Positions 17,771 through 25,991 of a DNA stretch of 32,000 nucleotides are shown here, one piece after another. A program made the translations under genes and the position numbers. Below the pieces are notes generated by a model. It worked only from the letters and a program-made list of their open reading frames with translations, was not told the DNA's origin and ran no database searches. The stretch comes from Nitrosopumilus adriaticus (lineage in GTDB: Archaea; Thermoproteota; Nitrososphaeria; Nitrososphaerales; Nitrosopumilaceae). The DNA lies in NCBI RefSeq assembly GCF_000956175.1, contig NZ_CP011070.1, positions 1,048,147 to 1,080,146 on the forward strand, written 5' to 3'. Within the stretch, counting starts at the first letter, position 1; the number at the start of each line of letters is the position of its first letter.

Positions 17771-18114
17771 TCATGATATTTTTGTGTTAAATCATAAAGA
17801 TTATTACAAAAATTATCAACGTGTTCTGAAGATATACCATCAAACCATGCCAACTCTTTATCCATACTAAATTTTTTTGTATTAAATGGGATTTTAGCAT
17901 GTATCAGTTCATCCTTGAATAATTGAATAATTTCTTCTTGCTCTTTTTTTGTTAGTTCATAATTACAAGTAATCAAATCAATTTGAACGTGATATTTTTC
18001 GTCATTGGGATTTATTCGTGCCTTGATGAATGGTTTGTTTAGCTGCTGGCACTCTCTGAAATGTTTGTCATACTCGAACATTTTAGAATCGCCAAGATAT
18101 TTGTGAAAAGTCAT
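17767..18114 (-). CDS. Hypothetical protein
   Basis: 115-aa ORF with no motif. Confidence 0.5.
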   Translation of the reverse strand: MTFHKYLGDSKMFEYDKHFRECQQLNKPFIKARINPNDEKYHVQIDLITCNYELTKKEQEEIIQLFKDELIHAKIPFNTKKFSMDKELAWFDGISSEHVDNFCNNLYDLTQKYHD

Positions 18115-18143
18115 TAGTTTGAAAGAAATTAAATAAACAATCT

Positions 18144-18524
18144 CTAAAGATTCAAAGTAATTTTCTTTATACGAGTAATTAATCTAATTTTTGCATCAAT
18201 TGGCATTTCAGGTTCCATAGTAAAATACACGATGTTTCTTTTTGTATAAATTACCATTTGAGAGACTTTCTCTCGCTCTACATGGACATATCTAACCTTT
18301 CCAAGTGAACGATCAAATTCTTTTCTCATTGATCTTCGTTGAGCAACCTGCTGACAGAAATGTTCTTCCTCTTTTTGATTTTTAAGGTTGGTTTTACCAG
18401 TCTTCATAATAGCTTCACGTATGTTGCCTTTGGGATCAATAATAGCCGCAAATCTCATTTTAGGATCCAAGTTTAATATTTTCTGAACAATCTCCAAAAG
18501 ATCAGTTTTTTTTGCAGATGCCAT
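18144..18524 (-). CDS. Hypothetical protein
   Basis: 126-aa ORF. Its alpha/beta pattern is vaguely Roadblock/LC7-like, which is unverified. Confidence 0.55.
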   Translation of the reverse strand: MASAKKTDLLEIVQKILNLDPKMRFAAIIDPKGNIREAIMKTGKTNLKNQKEEEHFCQQVAQRRSMRKEFDRSLGKVRYVHVEREKVSQMVIYTKRNIVYFTMEPEMPIDAKIRLITRIKKITLNL

Positions 18525-18623
18525 GTGAATTAAAAAATAATTTTGCTAAATATAAGCTATCAAACACTTTAAAGATAAAGTACGCAGAATTATAGTTAAA
18601 TTCATTTGAGAATATGACAATTC

Positions 18624-19241
18624 ATGAATGAATCAATTCTAAAGGTTCTGGAAAAATTAGAAGAACAGTCATCACTTGAAAAATCTAGGAAAGTCAATGT
18701 TTTACCAGAAGACAGGATGCTTGCAATAACCAAAGAAACAGGGGAATTACTTAACATGATTTTACGCCTAAAAAATGCAAAAAATATGCTAGAAATAGGC
18801 ATGTCAGTAGGATATTCGACAATTTGGTGTGCAGAAGCAATCAAAGAGCATTCAGGGAAAATCATATCAATTGAGCACACCCCGTCAAAAATCAAAAGAG
18901 CTAAAGAAAATTTTCTAAAAGCCGGAATTGAAGACATAATCATCATCAAGGAGGGAGAAGCAATGAATATTCTAAAGGAATTTAGTAAGAAAGAAAACTA
19001 CAGAAATTTTTTTGATTTTGTTTTAATTGATGCAGATAAGGAAAATATCATAGAATATTTTGACACAGTCCTTCCAATGGTTTCATTGCAAGGAGTGATA
19101 ATTACAGACAATATGTTGTATCCAGAAAAATATAGAGAAGATATGAAAAAATATTCAAATTATTTAAAAACAAATCCCAACATCATAACCATAACATCAG
19201 AAATTGGAAATGGTGAAGAGATTACAATTAAAATAAAATGA
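18624..19241 (+). CDS. Class I SAM-dependent O-methyltransferase (catechol-OMT-like family)
   Basis: 205 aa. It has LEIGMSVGYSTIW (motif I), GKIISIE, FDFVLIDADKENIIEYF and GVIITDNML. Confidence 0.85.
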   Translation: MNESILKVLEKLEEQSSLEKSRKVNVLPEDRMLAITKETGELLNMILRLKNAKNMLEIGMSVGYSTIWCAEAIKEHSGKIISIEHTPSKIKRAKENFLKAGIEDIIIIKEGEAMNILKEFSKKENYRNFFDFVLIDADKENIIEYFDTVLPMVSLQGVIITDNMLYPEKYREDMKKYSNYLKTNPNIITITSEIGNGEEITIKIK

Positions 19242-20681
19242 TTACTTTTTATCTTTTTTAATTTTTTTTGCAGAAGATTTCTTAGTTTGAGATTTTGTAG
19301 ATTTGGACTTTTTTTCAAGGGATTTTAATTTTTTACTTTTGGCATCAATTTGTTTTTTAATTTTTTCTTGCTCTTGTTTTAATTTTTTATTTTTAATTTT
19401 AATTTGCTTTTCTATTTTTTCATGCTTCTTTCGGAGTGAATCATAAATTTTTTCTTCTTTTTTAATTTGGGCAGTTAATTTGATCTGAGATTTTAGTTTT
19501 TCCTTTTCTTGTTGGGTCTTTTTTGAAATTAGTTCTTTTTCTTTTGAAATGTGATTGATTAAATCAAGTCTACTTTCTTTAGCTTGAATTAATTCCTCTT
19601 CTTGTTTTTGAATTAATTTTCTTAATTTTTCTGATTCCTCAAATTTTGCTTTTTCTGCATTGACTTGAGAAACAATTTCTGCATATTCTGTTTTGGTTTT
19701 TTCCAATTCTTCTTGTTTTGATTTAATCTCATGGGCGATTTTTGCCTGCTCTGCTAGGCGTGATTTTTGCTCTTCAGCCATTATAGCTAATAATTTCTGT
19801 TCATGTTCTACCTGTTTTTCAATTTCTTCCTGTTCGATTTGAGCTTGTACCAATTGCTTTTTTTGCTCAGTTAATTCGGTTTTTATTTTATTTTTTTCAG
19901 TATCAATTTGTTTCAGTATTTTTTCCCTATCTTTTTTAACTTTGATTAACTCCTCTTTTTGGGAAATAATTTCTTGCGATAGTTTTGTTTGGGTTTGAAT
20001 CCTTTCTCGTTCTTCTTTAATTTGTAATTCGAGTGTAGATTTTTCTTGGGTTAATTTTTGCTCATATTCTTTTCTGTGATTGATAAGTTGGGTTAATTTT
20101 GTACGCTGATGAGTAAGCTCATTAGAGATTTTTTCTTGTTGTTGAATTTTTTGTTCTTCATTTTGAATATGAGTGGAGATTTCTACAAGTTCTTTGGAAT
20201 CATTATTTTGATTCCATCCCTTTGGCATACTTCCACGTATATCATTTTTTGATTCAGAAAGTATCAAATCTTCTTTGTGTTGTGAGGAATGTTTTGGTGT
20301 TTGAGTTAATTCAAGAACTCCATCTTGTGATCGAATAGATGAATTGAGTTTTGATTCTAGATATTTTATGTCAGATTGATAAAGTGATTTGTTATTTACA
20401 ATCATGTCATGGATATGCTGTAATCTTCCAGGATCACCAACGCCTAACTCAATGAGTTCTTTAATTTTATACAGTAATTCATTGTCTTCATTACCAGATT
20501 CATCTTCAAGTGAGAAGGATGAGTTTAGTTTGCTTTCTAGATAAACTTGATCTGAGTGATATAGGGGCTCCCTATTTTTTACATATTCTAGTATGTGATA
20601 CAATCTACCAGCATCACCATTACCAGAATCAATTAAGGAGTTTATTTTTTCAATGGTTTCGGTTAAGCTCAATTGGTTCAA
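19242..20681 (-). CDS. Long coiled-coil protein with duplicated N-terminal module and Lys-rich tail
   Basis: 479 aa. Two ~45-aa repeats carry G-x-GD-x-GRL-x-HI...LY-x-SD-x-YLESKLNSS. About 300 aa of E/K/Q heptad-like sequence follows, ending in a KKSKSTKSQTKKSSAKKIKKDKK tail. Confidence 0.75.
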   Translation of the reverse strand: MNQLSLTETIEKINSLIDSGNGDAGRLYHILEYVKNREPLYHSDQVYLESKLNSSFSLEDESGNEDNELLYKIKELIELGVGDPGRLQHIHDMIVNNKSLYQSDIKYLESKLNSSIRSQDGVLELTQTPKHSSQHKEDLILSESKNDIRGSMPKGWNQNNDSKELVEISTHIQNEEQKIQQQEKISNELTHQRTKLTQLINHRKEYEQKLTQEKSTLELQIKEERERIQTQTKLSQEIISQKEELIKVKKDREKILKQIDTEKNKIKTELTEQKKQLVQAQIEQEEIEKQVEHEQKLLAIMAEEQKSRLAEQAKIAHEIKSKQEELEKTKTEYAEIVSQVNAEKAKFEESEKLRKLIQKQEEELIQAKESRLDLINHISKEKELISKKTQQEKEKLKSQIKLTAQIKKEEKIYDSLRKKHEKIEKQIKIKNKKLKQEQEKIKKQIDAKSKKLKSLEKKSKSTKSQTKKSSAKKIKKDKK

Positions 20682-20874
20682 GTTTTCTGGCCTCTTTTGA
20701 TTCTTTTTTATATAATTTGGTAAAGATAACTGTTTAAAAAAAATTCACATATACATGAATTTTAGGTGATTTAGCACAAAATTCAAACCCAATTATTTTC
20801 ACTAATGTAAAAACATTGCAAAGATCATCAGGCAAACTATTGCCGTTTATTAATTAGAACTAAATACCTTCGAT

Positions 20875-21099
20875 ATGAAAACAGGGTTTCCAGTAATTAT
20901 AATAGGATCAGTCATGTTTGTTGCAGGTCTAGTAATGTTCTACTCTATAGAACTTGGTCAGACAGATTCAATTTTACGATTAATCAAAAACATTGGAACA
21001 TTTATCGGTCTGGCTGGAATGGGTGTTACTTTGGCAGGAATTTTACTAAACTTGATTAGTAAAAATCAACAACCAATACAAGAAAATTTTGATGTATAA
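20875..21099 (+). CDS. Small two-TM membrane protein
   Basis: 74 aa with two hydrophobic helices. Confidence 0.55.
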   Translation: MKTGFPVIIIGSVMFVAGLVMFYSIELGQTDSILRLIKNIGTFIGLAGMGVTLAGILLNLISKNQQPIQENFDV

Positions 21100-21189
21100 T
21101 CACTAGGAAACATTAGGTAGTCATCAGAAAATATCTGTACATATTATTTCAAAACTAAATTATATCTTCAAATTTTAGATGGATTGTAA

Positions 21190-21615
21190 ATGCCAGGCAA
21201 ATTTTGGATTGGATCAATCTATTTGAAAGATGAGGGGGGTTATGAGATAGTAATCAAGTCATTGAATCATTATAGAAATAGACTGAAAACCATTGGTAAT
21301 AGTCCAGAGTTAAAAGATGCGGCTGCAATGTTTTCATCAGTTTTAAATCAACAAGCAGTAAAAACAATCCCCAAAATTGATGAAATGTTACTAAAAATAC
21401 AAAATAGTCTATCAGATACTAATGAATTGAAGAAATTAGAAGAAGATATTCCATTTATAGAAAAAGCCCTTTCTTGTTATGATGCAGACATAAAGAAAGC
21501 ACAAGACACCGGTCACGAATATTTTGTGAAACTTATTGGTAATATGGTTGAAGCTAGAGACGATCTAAATACCATAAAAATTGCATTGCAAAAAATAAAA
21601 CAATTTTCAGAATAA
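21190..21615 (+). CDS. Hypothetical protein
   Basis: 141-aa ORF with no motif. Confidence 0.55.
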   Translation: MPGKFWIGSIYLKDEGGYEIVIKSLNHYRNRLKTIGNSPELKDAAAMFSSVLNQQAVKTIPKIDEMLLKIQNSLSDTNELKKLEEDIPFIEKALSCYDADIKKAQDTGHEYFVKLIGNMVEARDDLNTIKIALQKIKQFSE

Positions 21616-21617
21616 TT

Positions 21618-21848
21618 TTACAATCCTTGCAAATACCAATCCAAGTATGGCATTAAAGCCTTGCATTGCTTCTTTTTTTCGGATTCATCATCTAAATCTA
21701 AAATCTTTTGCATTTTACCCTGAAGGTATTCAGATGTTAAATTGCTTTTAAATTCAGGCATCATTTTTTCTAGAACTTCTAGAATTTGTGTTGAAGATGC
21801 ATTCTCAAAGTCATCAATGATCATAGAGACTTTTTCTGCTAACGACAT
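21618..21848 (-). CDS. Hypothetical small protein
   Basis: 76-aa ORF. Confidence 0.45.
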   Translation of the reverse strand: MSLAEKVSMIIDDFENASSTQILEVLEKMMPEFKSNLTSEYLQGKMQKILDLDDESEKKKQCKALMPYLDWYLQGL

Positions 21849-21885
21849 AAGATTATTTTAAAAATCCCATTATTATTTGATTCAG

Positions 21886-22113
21886 CTAGAGAACGTCTTC
21901 ATCATCCCAAGTAAGGCGAAATTTTCCAGTTACTCTAAACATGTGCAGTTTTCCACCTTTCTTGAAATTTAATTTATATGATTTATGTGAGGATTCTTCG
22001 ATGTCTATACTGACATTGTCTTTTATGGTTTGAAAGACGATTGGATTATTAGAAATTTGTTTCCAGTCATTTTCATCAAAATCAAGGTAAAATTTTGTAT
22101 ATAACAATCCCAT
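21886..22113 (-). CDS. Hypothetical small protein
   Basis: 75-aa ORF. Confidence 0.45.
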   Translation of the reverse strand: MGLLYTKFYLDFDENDWKQISNNPIVFQTIKDNVSIDIEESSHKSYKLNFKKGGKLHMFRVTGKFRLTWDDEDVL

Positions 22114-22155
22114 AATTATGGGTGCACTATCCCGAATAAATAACTAGATGAGATT

Positions 22156-22734
22156 CTATTTATTTAATGAATTTTGAGGCATCATAAATTCCAAATAACT
22201 GACTATAGCTGGAAATATAATCTCAGAATGAGGATCATTTCGAATTATTTCAAAAACCTTGTGAATTAGTTGTTGTATTTCCAAGTGCTCATCTTTGTAC
22301 AATGTCTTTTTAGGATTTTTAACAGCATCCAAAATTGTAAATCCATTATCCGTTTGTAGCAGATTTCTTAATATCAAATTAGCCATGTTTATTTTTTCAT
22401 CAATGTCTTTATGCGGATAATCAGTATCCAGTCGCTTAATCAGAGACTTTAAATCATGAAAATAATTTGTAGTGTTTCGTTCTACTTGATGTTGGGATTT
22501 TACCTCAAAATTGTTTGAAGGAGTATAAAATTTCATATTTGCTTTTGTAATTACAGTGATGATTTCTTTATCAATTAGCATATCGCGTGTTTTTTCAAAT
22601 GTTGTTTTTGCCATAAATTCTGGAACAATTAATTTCATCAATGCATTATGGTGCAAATCTGGATTTTTTCGAATTATTTCAAGAACTATCCTCTCACGCT
22701 CATATGTTTTCAGATTAGGCTCATATTGACTCAT
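22156..22734 (-). CDS. Winged-helix transcriptional regulator (predicted)
   Basis: 192 aa. The N-terminal ERIVLEIIRKNPDLHHNALMKLI...TRDMLIDKEIITV fits a wHTH pattern. Palindromic sites lie just upstream. Confidence 0.55.
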   Translation of the reverse strand: MSQYEPNLKTYERERIVLEIIRKNPDLHHNALMKLIVPEFMAKTTFEKTRDMLIDKEIITVITKANMKFYTPSNNFEVKSQHQVERNTTNYFHDLKSLIKRLDTDYPHKDIDEKINMANLILRNLLQTDNGFTILDAVKNPKKTLYKDEHLEIQQLIHKVFEIIRNDPHSEIIFPAIVSYLEFMMPQNSLNK

Positions 22735-22741
22735 TTTAACT

Positions 22742-22769
22742 AGGTCGACCTATATTATACAGGTCACCT
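22742..22769. promoter_or_regulatory. Candidate operator: two copies of a palindromic AGGTC(G)ACCT box
   Basis: AGGTCGACCT (22742-22751) is a perfect palindrome. AGGTCACCT (22761-22769) follows, and both are followed by AT. They start 8 nt upstream of the wHTH gene start, in the divergent intergenic region. Confidence 0.35.
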
Positions 22770-22954
22770 ATTAATCAATATCGGTCTTGAAGTTTACAGA
22801 GAAATTATCCATCGATATTAAATACAAATTTTGTGAGACAAATCACCTAACACATGTGGGGTTTGATGAGAAATCATCAATATTTCACAGTAAATAATAC
22901 CTAATTTTTGTACGTTCAAGGCATTCAAACATCTGAATATTATCCCAAAAACTC

Positions 22955-23965
22955 ATGAAGATTATGGGATTTTACAATTCAACTATTTTGGTGATTGAGG
23001 ATAGTAAGGCAGTACGAATTATGCTATCTCAATATATTAAAAAAATTGGATTTAGCAAAATTATCGAATCTGAAACGGGTGAAGAGGGAATTAGAAAATT
23101 TAATGAATTAGTGGAGATTGAAATCACACCCATTGTTTTTGTAGGATATCATTTGCCAGACATGAGTGCAGCTGAAATAATTCCAAACATATTATCAAAA
23201 ATGCCAATTACAAAAATTATTCTAGAAACATCAAAAGACAGACATGAAGAATCAGTTCGAAGCTTATTTTCATTAGGGATTTCTCATTATATGCCAAAAC
23301 CATTACGTTTTGAAAATATGAAAGAGGTGATCAGAACAATAAAAGAGGAATTTGAGCTTGATGAGACATTGGGGGTGGAGACAGAATCAGATAGAATCAA
23401 GGAACATTTGAAAGCAGTTCATCGAACGAGCATAACTAGAATTTCACAAAATTGTGGATTGTCAACAAAACAAGTTTTAACATATTTACAGAAATTAAAG
23501 TCTAAAGGAGATGTCATGCAAATGAATTCAATTAGAGAAATTTTATGCTCCAATTGCAATTCAGTTAATACATCAACAATATTTTCTTGCCCAAAATGTG
23601 CAAGTTCAAATTTTTCTGAAACAAGATTAATAGAGCATTATGATTGTGGCTCAGTTCATCCAGATATTATGTTTAAAGATGATATTTGCCCCCAATGTCA
23701 AAAAGAGATCAAAGCATTAGGAGTGGATTATAGAATAATGTCAAATTTATTTATCTGTAAAGACTGCACAGAAAGATTCCCAAATCCAGATATTGATATG
23801 AACTGCATCAAATGTGGGAATAAATTTACCTTCTTTGATGGGAAATGGATTGACAGTCCAACATTCATGTGGATGAAAGAGCCATTAGAATCTGAGAATA
23901 CTGATGAGGAAATCACCAATCAAGAGATTATGAATACAATTTCCAATTCAAATCAGATGGTATAA
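22955..23965 (+). CDS. Atypical receiver (REC)-domain protein fused to wHTH and multiple zinc ribbons
   Basis: 336 aa. It has a CheY-like ILVIEDSKAVRIML...YMPKPL. A central HTH reads SITRISQNCGLSTKQVLTYLQKLKSKGDV. Four to five CxxC pairs sit in the C-terminal third. Confidence 0.8.
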   Translation: MKIMGFYNSTILVIEDSKAVRIMLSQYIKKIGFSKIIESETGEEGIRKFNELVEIEITPIVFVGYHLPDMSAAEIIPNILSKMPITKIILETSKDRHEESVRSLFSLGISHYMPKPLRFENMKEVIRTIKEEFELDETLGVETESDRIKEHLKAVHRTSITRISQNCGLSTKQVLTYLQKLKSKGDVMQMNSIREILCSNCNSVNTSTIFSCPKCASSNFSETRLIEHYDCGSVHPDIMFKDDICPQCQKEIKALGVDYRIMSNLFICKDCTERFPNPDIDMNCIKCGNKFTFFDGKWIDSPTFMWMKEPLESENTDEEITNQEIMNTISNSNQMV

Positions 23966-24027
23966 TTTGTTTATTGTTTAAGCCCATATCCAATAAGCTT
24001 AAGTTTAGAATTATTCTAAAAAAAATC

Positions 24028-24144
24028 ATGGATCTAAATGAATTGCATCAAAAAGAGATTGATTCGCTTAGAGATGAAAATATCGAATTGAGAAACAAAG
24101 TAAAAAAACTCGAAGAGAGAATTCAGGAATTAGAGAAAAAATGA
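24028..24144 (+). CDS. Tiny charged helical protein (38 aa), first of ATGA-linked chain; absent from the ORF track
   Basis: My translation gives MDLNELHQKEIDSLRDENIELRNKVKKLEERIQELEKK. Its stop overlaps the next ATG (ATGA). Confidence 0.45.
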   Translation: MDLNELHQKEIDSLRDENIELRNKVKKLEERIQELEKK

Positions 24145-24281
24145 CCTCATTTGAAGAGAAAATTAGAGAAAAGATGGTAAAACAGAAAGAAAAGTATGAA
24201 GAATATAAGAAAAAAGAAGGGGATTCAGACCTGCTCTTTAATGAAAAAGACAATAAGAGCAAAATCAAAGATGAAGAATGA
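24141..24281 (+). CDS. Tiny charged protein (46 aa), second of ATGA-linked chain
   Basis: My translation gives MTSFEEKIREKMVKQKEKYEEYKKKEGDSDLLFNEKDNKSKIKDEE. It has ATGA overlaps at both ends. Confidence 0.45.
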   Translation: MTSFEEKIREKMVKQKEKYEEYKKKEGDSDLLFNEKDNKSKIKDEE

Positions 24282-24448
24282 CTGAAAAATCTACTGATGT
24301 TTACTCAGAAATTGATGAAGAGTTGGAGTTCACAGACGAGCAAACTCAAGAACTTTTGAAGTTAAACGAAAAAGAAATCCAAATTTTAATTCTTTCAGAA
24401 TTAAAAAAAATCACATCACTTCTTAATCAAAGAAAATCAAAGAGATGA
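24278..24448 (+). CDS. Tiny acidic/helical protein (56 aa), third of ATGA-linked chain
   Basis: My translation gives MTEKSTDVYSEIDEELEFTDEQTQELLKLNEKEIQILILSELKKITSLLNQRKSKR. It has ATGA overlaps at both ends. Confidence 0.45.
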   Translation: MTEKSTDVYSEIDEELEFTDEQTQELLKLNEKEIQILILSELKKITSLLNQRKSKR

Positions 24449-25173
24449 AACTTGAAATCATAATTGCGTTGATTTTGATTGGGACATTTGGAATAAGTGA
24501 ATCATTTGCAAAAGAATCAAAAATTCCCAATTGGGTATTGCAGGTTTATGGCTTTTGGATAGAAGATAAAATTTCAGATGTAGAACTAGTTAATGCAGTA
24601 AAATTCCTAAATGAAAACAACATCTTGCCATTAGCACTACAAAAGGAATATGACTATAAATCAAATTTTTTATTGACTGTATTGTATGAAGACTTTGCAT
24701 ACAAAGAAAATTCGTGTGATGATGGATGGTATGTTACAGGATACTTCATACCTGTAGAATCAGATTACTCCAGTCATATATTCGAAATTAAAATTGATGA
24801 TCATCTCTTCGAATATGATTATGATTTTGTAAATTCTGTGAAAATGGAAGGATGGGGCAGAACAAATGATGGGGATTATTTGGGGTGGTATTCAAATGAA
24901 TTTCATCTAAATAAAATCCCGCTAGATAATTTTGGAAACTCACTAAAAGTTGGAACCATTGCCATTGATCCTTCATTATATGAATTAGGCTCAAAAATAT
25001 TCATTTCAACTCTGCTTGAGCCATGGGATGAAGTAATTTTTACTGCCAATGATGTCGGAGAATCAGTAAAGAACAAGCACATTGATGTTTTTACAGGAGA
25101 AGGTAGTCAGGCTGAAGAGGAGACCTACAGGATTACAGGATACAACAATGTCGCATGTTTTATTGATGAATAA
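24445..25173 (+). CDS. Secreted 3D-domain (MltA-like double-psi beta-barrel) protein
   Basis: 242 aa with the signal peptide MKLEIIIALILIGTFGISESFA. The C-terminal half reads YVTGYFIPVESDY...VKMEGWGRTNDGDYLGW...TIAIDPSLYELGSKIFIS...FTANDVGESVKNKHIDVFTGEG. It contains the three Asp positions of the 3D domain. Confidence 0.7.
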   Translation: MKLEIIIALILIGTFGISESFAKESKIPNWVLQVYGFWIEDKISDVELVNAVKFLNENNILPLALQKEYDYKSNFLLTVLYEDFAYKENSCDDGWYVTGYFIPVESDYSSHIFEIKIDDHLFEYDYDFVNSVKMEGWGRTNDGDYLGWYSNEFHLNKIPLDNFGNSLKVGTIAIDPSLYELGSKIFISTLLEPWDEVIFTANDVGESVKNKHIDVFTGEGSQAEEETYRITGYNNVACFIDE

Positions 25174-25209
25174 TTTTCAGGTTTAATTTTTTAATATTCA
25201 CTTTAGAAT

Positions 25210-25422
25210 CTATGAATTTATGAATACTTTGGAGTTTGACACTATAATCATTTCAGCCATTGAAACTGGAATGTTTTCTTTATTTGAAATATCAAGAATT
25301 TCATCAACATGTAATTCTTTCAAGTGTTTTATGAATTCCTTCTCCTCAATATCATTTCGTTTGTAATTGCAAGAGGTGAAAACACAGTTGAAATTCATTG
25401 GTTTCGGTTGAATTTTGTGCAT
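25210..25422 (-). CDS. Hypothetical small protein, possible C2H2-like zinc finger
   Basis: 70 aa. The C-x4-C ... H-x4-H spacing (CVFTSC...HLKELH) is a weak zinc-finger signal. Confidence 0.4.
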   Translation of the reverse strand: MHKIQPKPMNFNCVFTSCNYKRNDIEEKEFIKHLKELHVDEILDISNKENIPVSMAEMIIVSNSKVFINS

Positions 25423-25484
25423 TTTTATCCTTTATTCATAAAATAGAGGACTTCTTTTAATGCTAAAAATGTCATTTCACATTA

Positions 25485-25991
25485 TTGCAAAAAACATCCC
25501 TCATGTTCGGATTGATAGTTATTTTCTTTATTGGGATGATTTCAATTGTAACAGCTGACTCTGACGAACAGTATTTGGAGATCAAAAAAATCTATGATGA
25601 TCAGAGATGGGATCTTGAAAAAGAATTCAAAGAAAAATTCAAAGAATCAAGTAATTTCTTTAAAGATCAAAAACAAGCAATCCAGGAAAAAAGTAAATCT
25701 GATCCAACATTAACTGCTGAACAAATCAATCAAATGCTAAGAGATGTTTTTTATGAGTTTGTTGATAGACAAGAAGAAATCAAAACAGAATACAAATCCA
25801 AAGTAGATGCACTTGATGCAATGTTTGAAAAAAAATTTGAAGAATTTGATGATGGGATTCCACTTTGGATTAAAAAAGTGACTGAATTAAGGAATGAAGG
25901 AAAAATCTCCGATTCCGAATATGTTAATTTTTTGTCATTTTTACTCAGTAATGGCATAATAGTAGATGAGCAATTGAGATTTTTATCTTAA
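25485..25991 (+). CDS. Secreted helical protein with C-terminal IP-x-W...KISD-x-E module
   Basis: 168 aa from a TTG start, with an ATG at 25503. It has a signal/anchor FGLIVIFFIGMISIVTA. Its C-terminal module is shared with 24445-25173. Confidence 0.6.
   Translation: MQKTSLMFGLIVIFFIGMISIVTADSDEQYLEIKKIYDDQRWDLEKEFKEKFKESSNFFKDQKQAIQEKSKSDPTLTAEQINQMLRDVFYEFVDRQEEIKTEYKSKVDALDAMFEKKFEEFDDGIPLWIKKVTELRNEGKISDSEYVNFLSFLLSNGIIVDEQLRFLS

Noticed and set aside
18602-18949. Minus-strand 115-aa ORF.
   Set aside because: It is antisense to the O-methyltransferase gene, which has clear SAM-binding motifs.
20510-20737. Plus-strand 75-aa ORF.
   Set aside because: It is antisense to the 5' end of the coiled-coil gene, whose duplicated module is clearly coding.
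23728-25957. ORFs 23728-23919, 24068-24268, 24788-24994 and 25751-25957 on the minus strand.
   Set aside because: They are antisense to the REC-HTH gene, the ATGA-linked mini-ORF chain, the 3D-domain gene and the secreted helical protein. ORF 24068-24268 is S/F/L low-complexity, as expected opposite K/E-rich coding.
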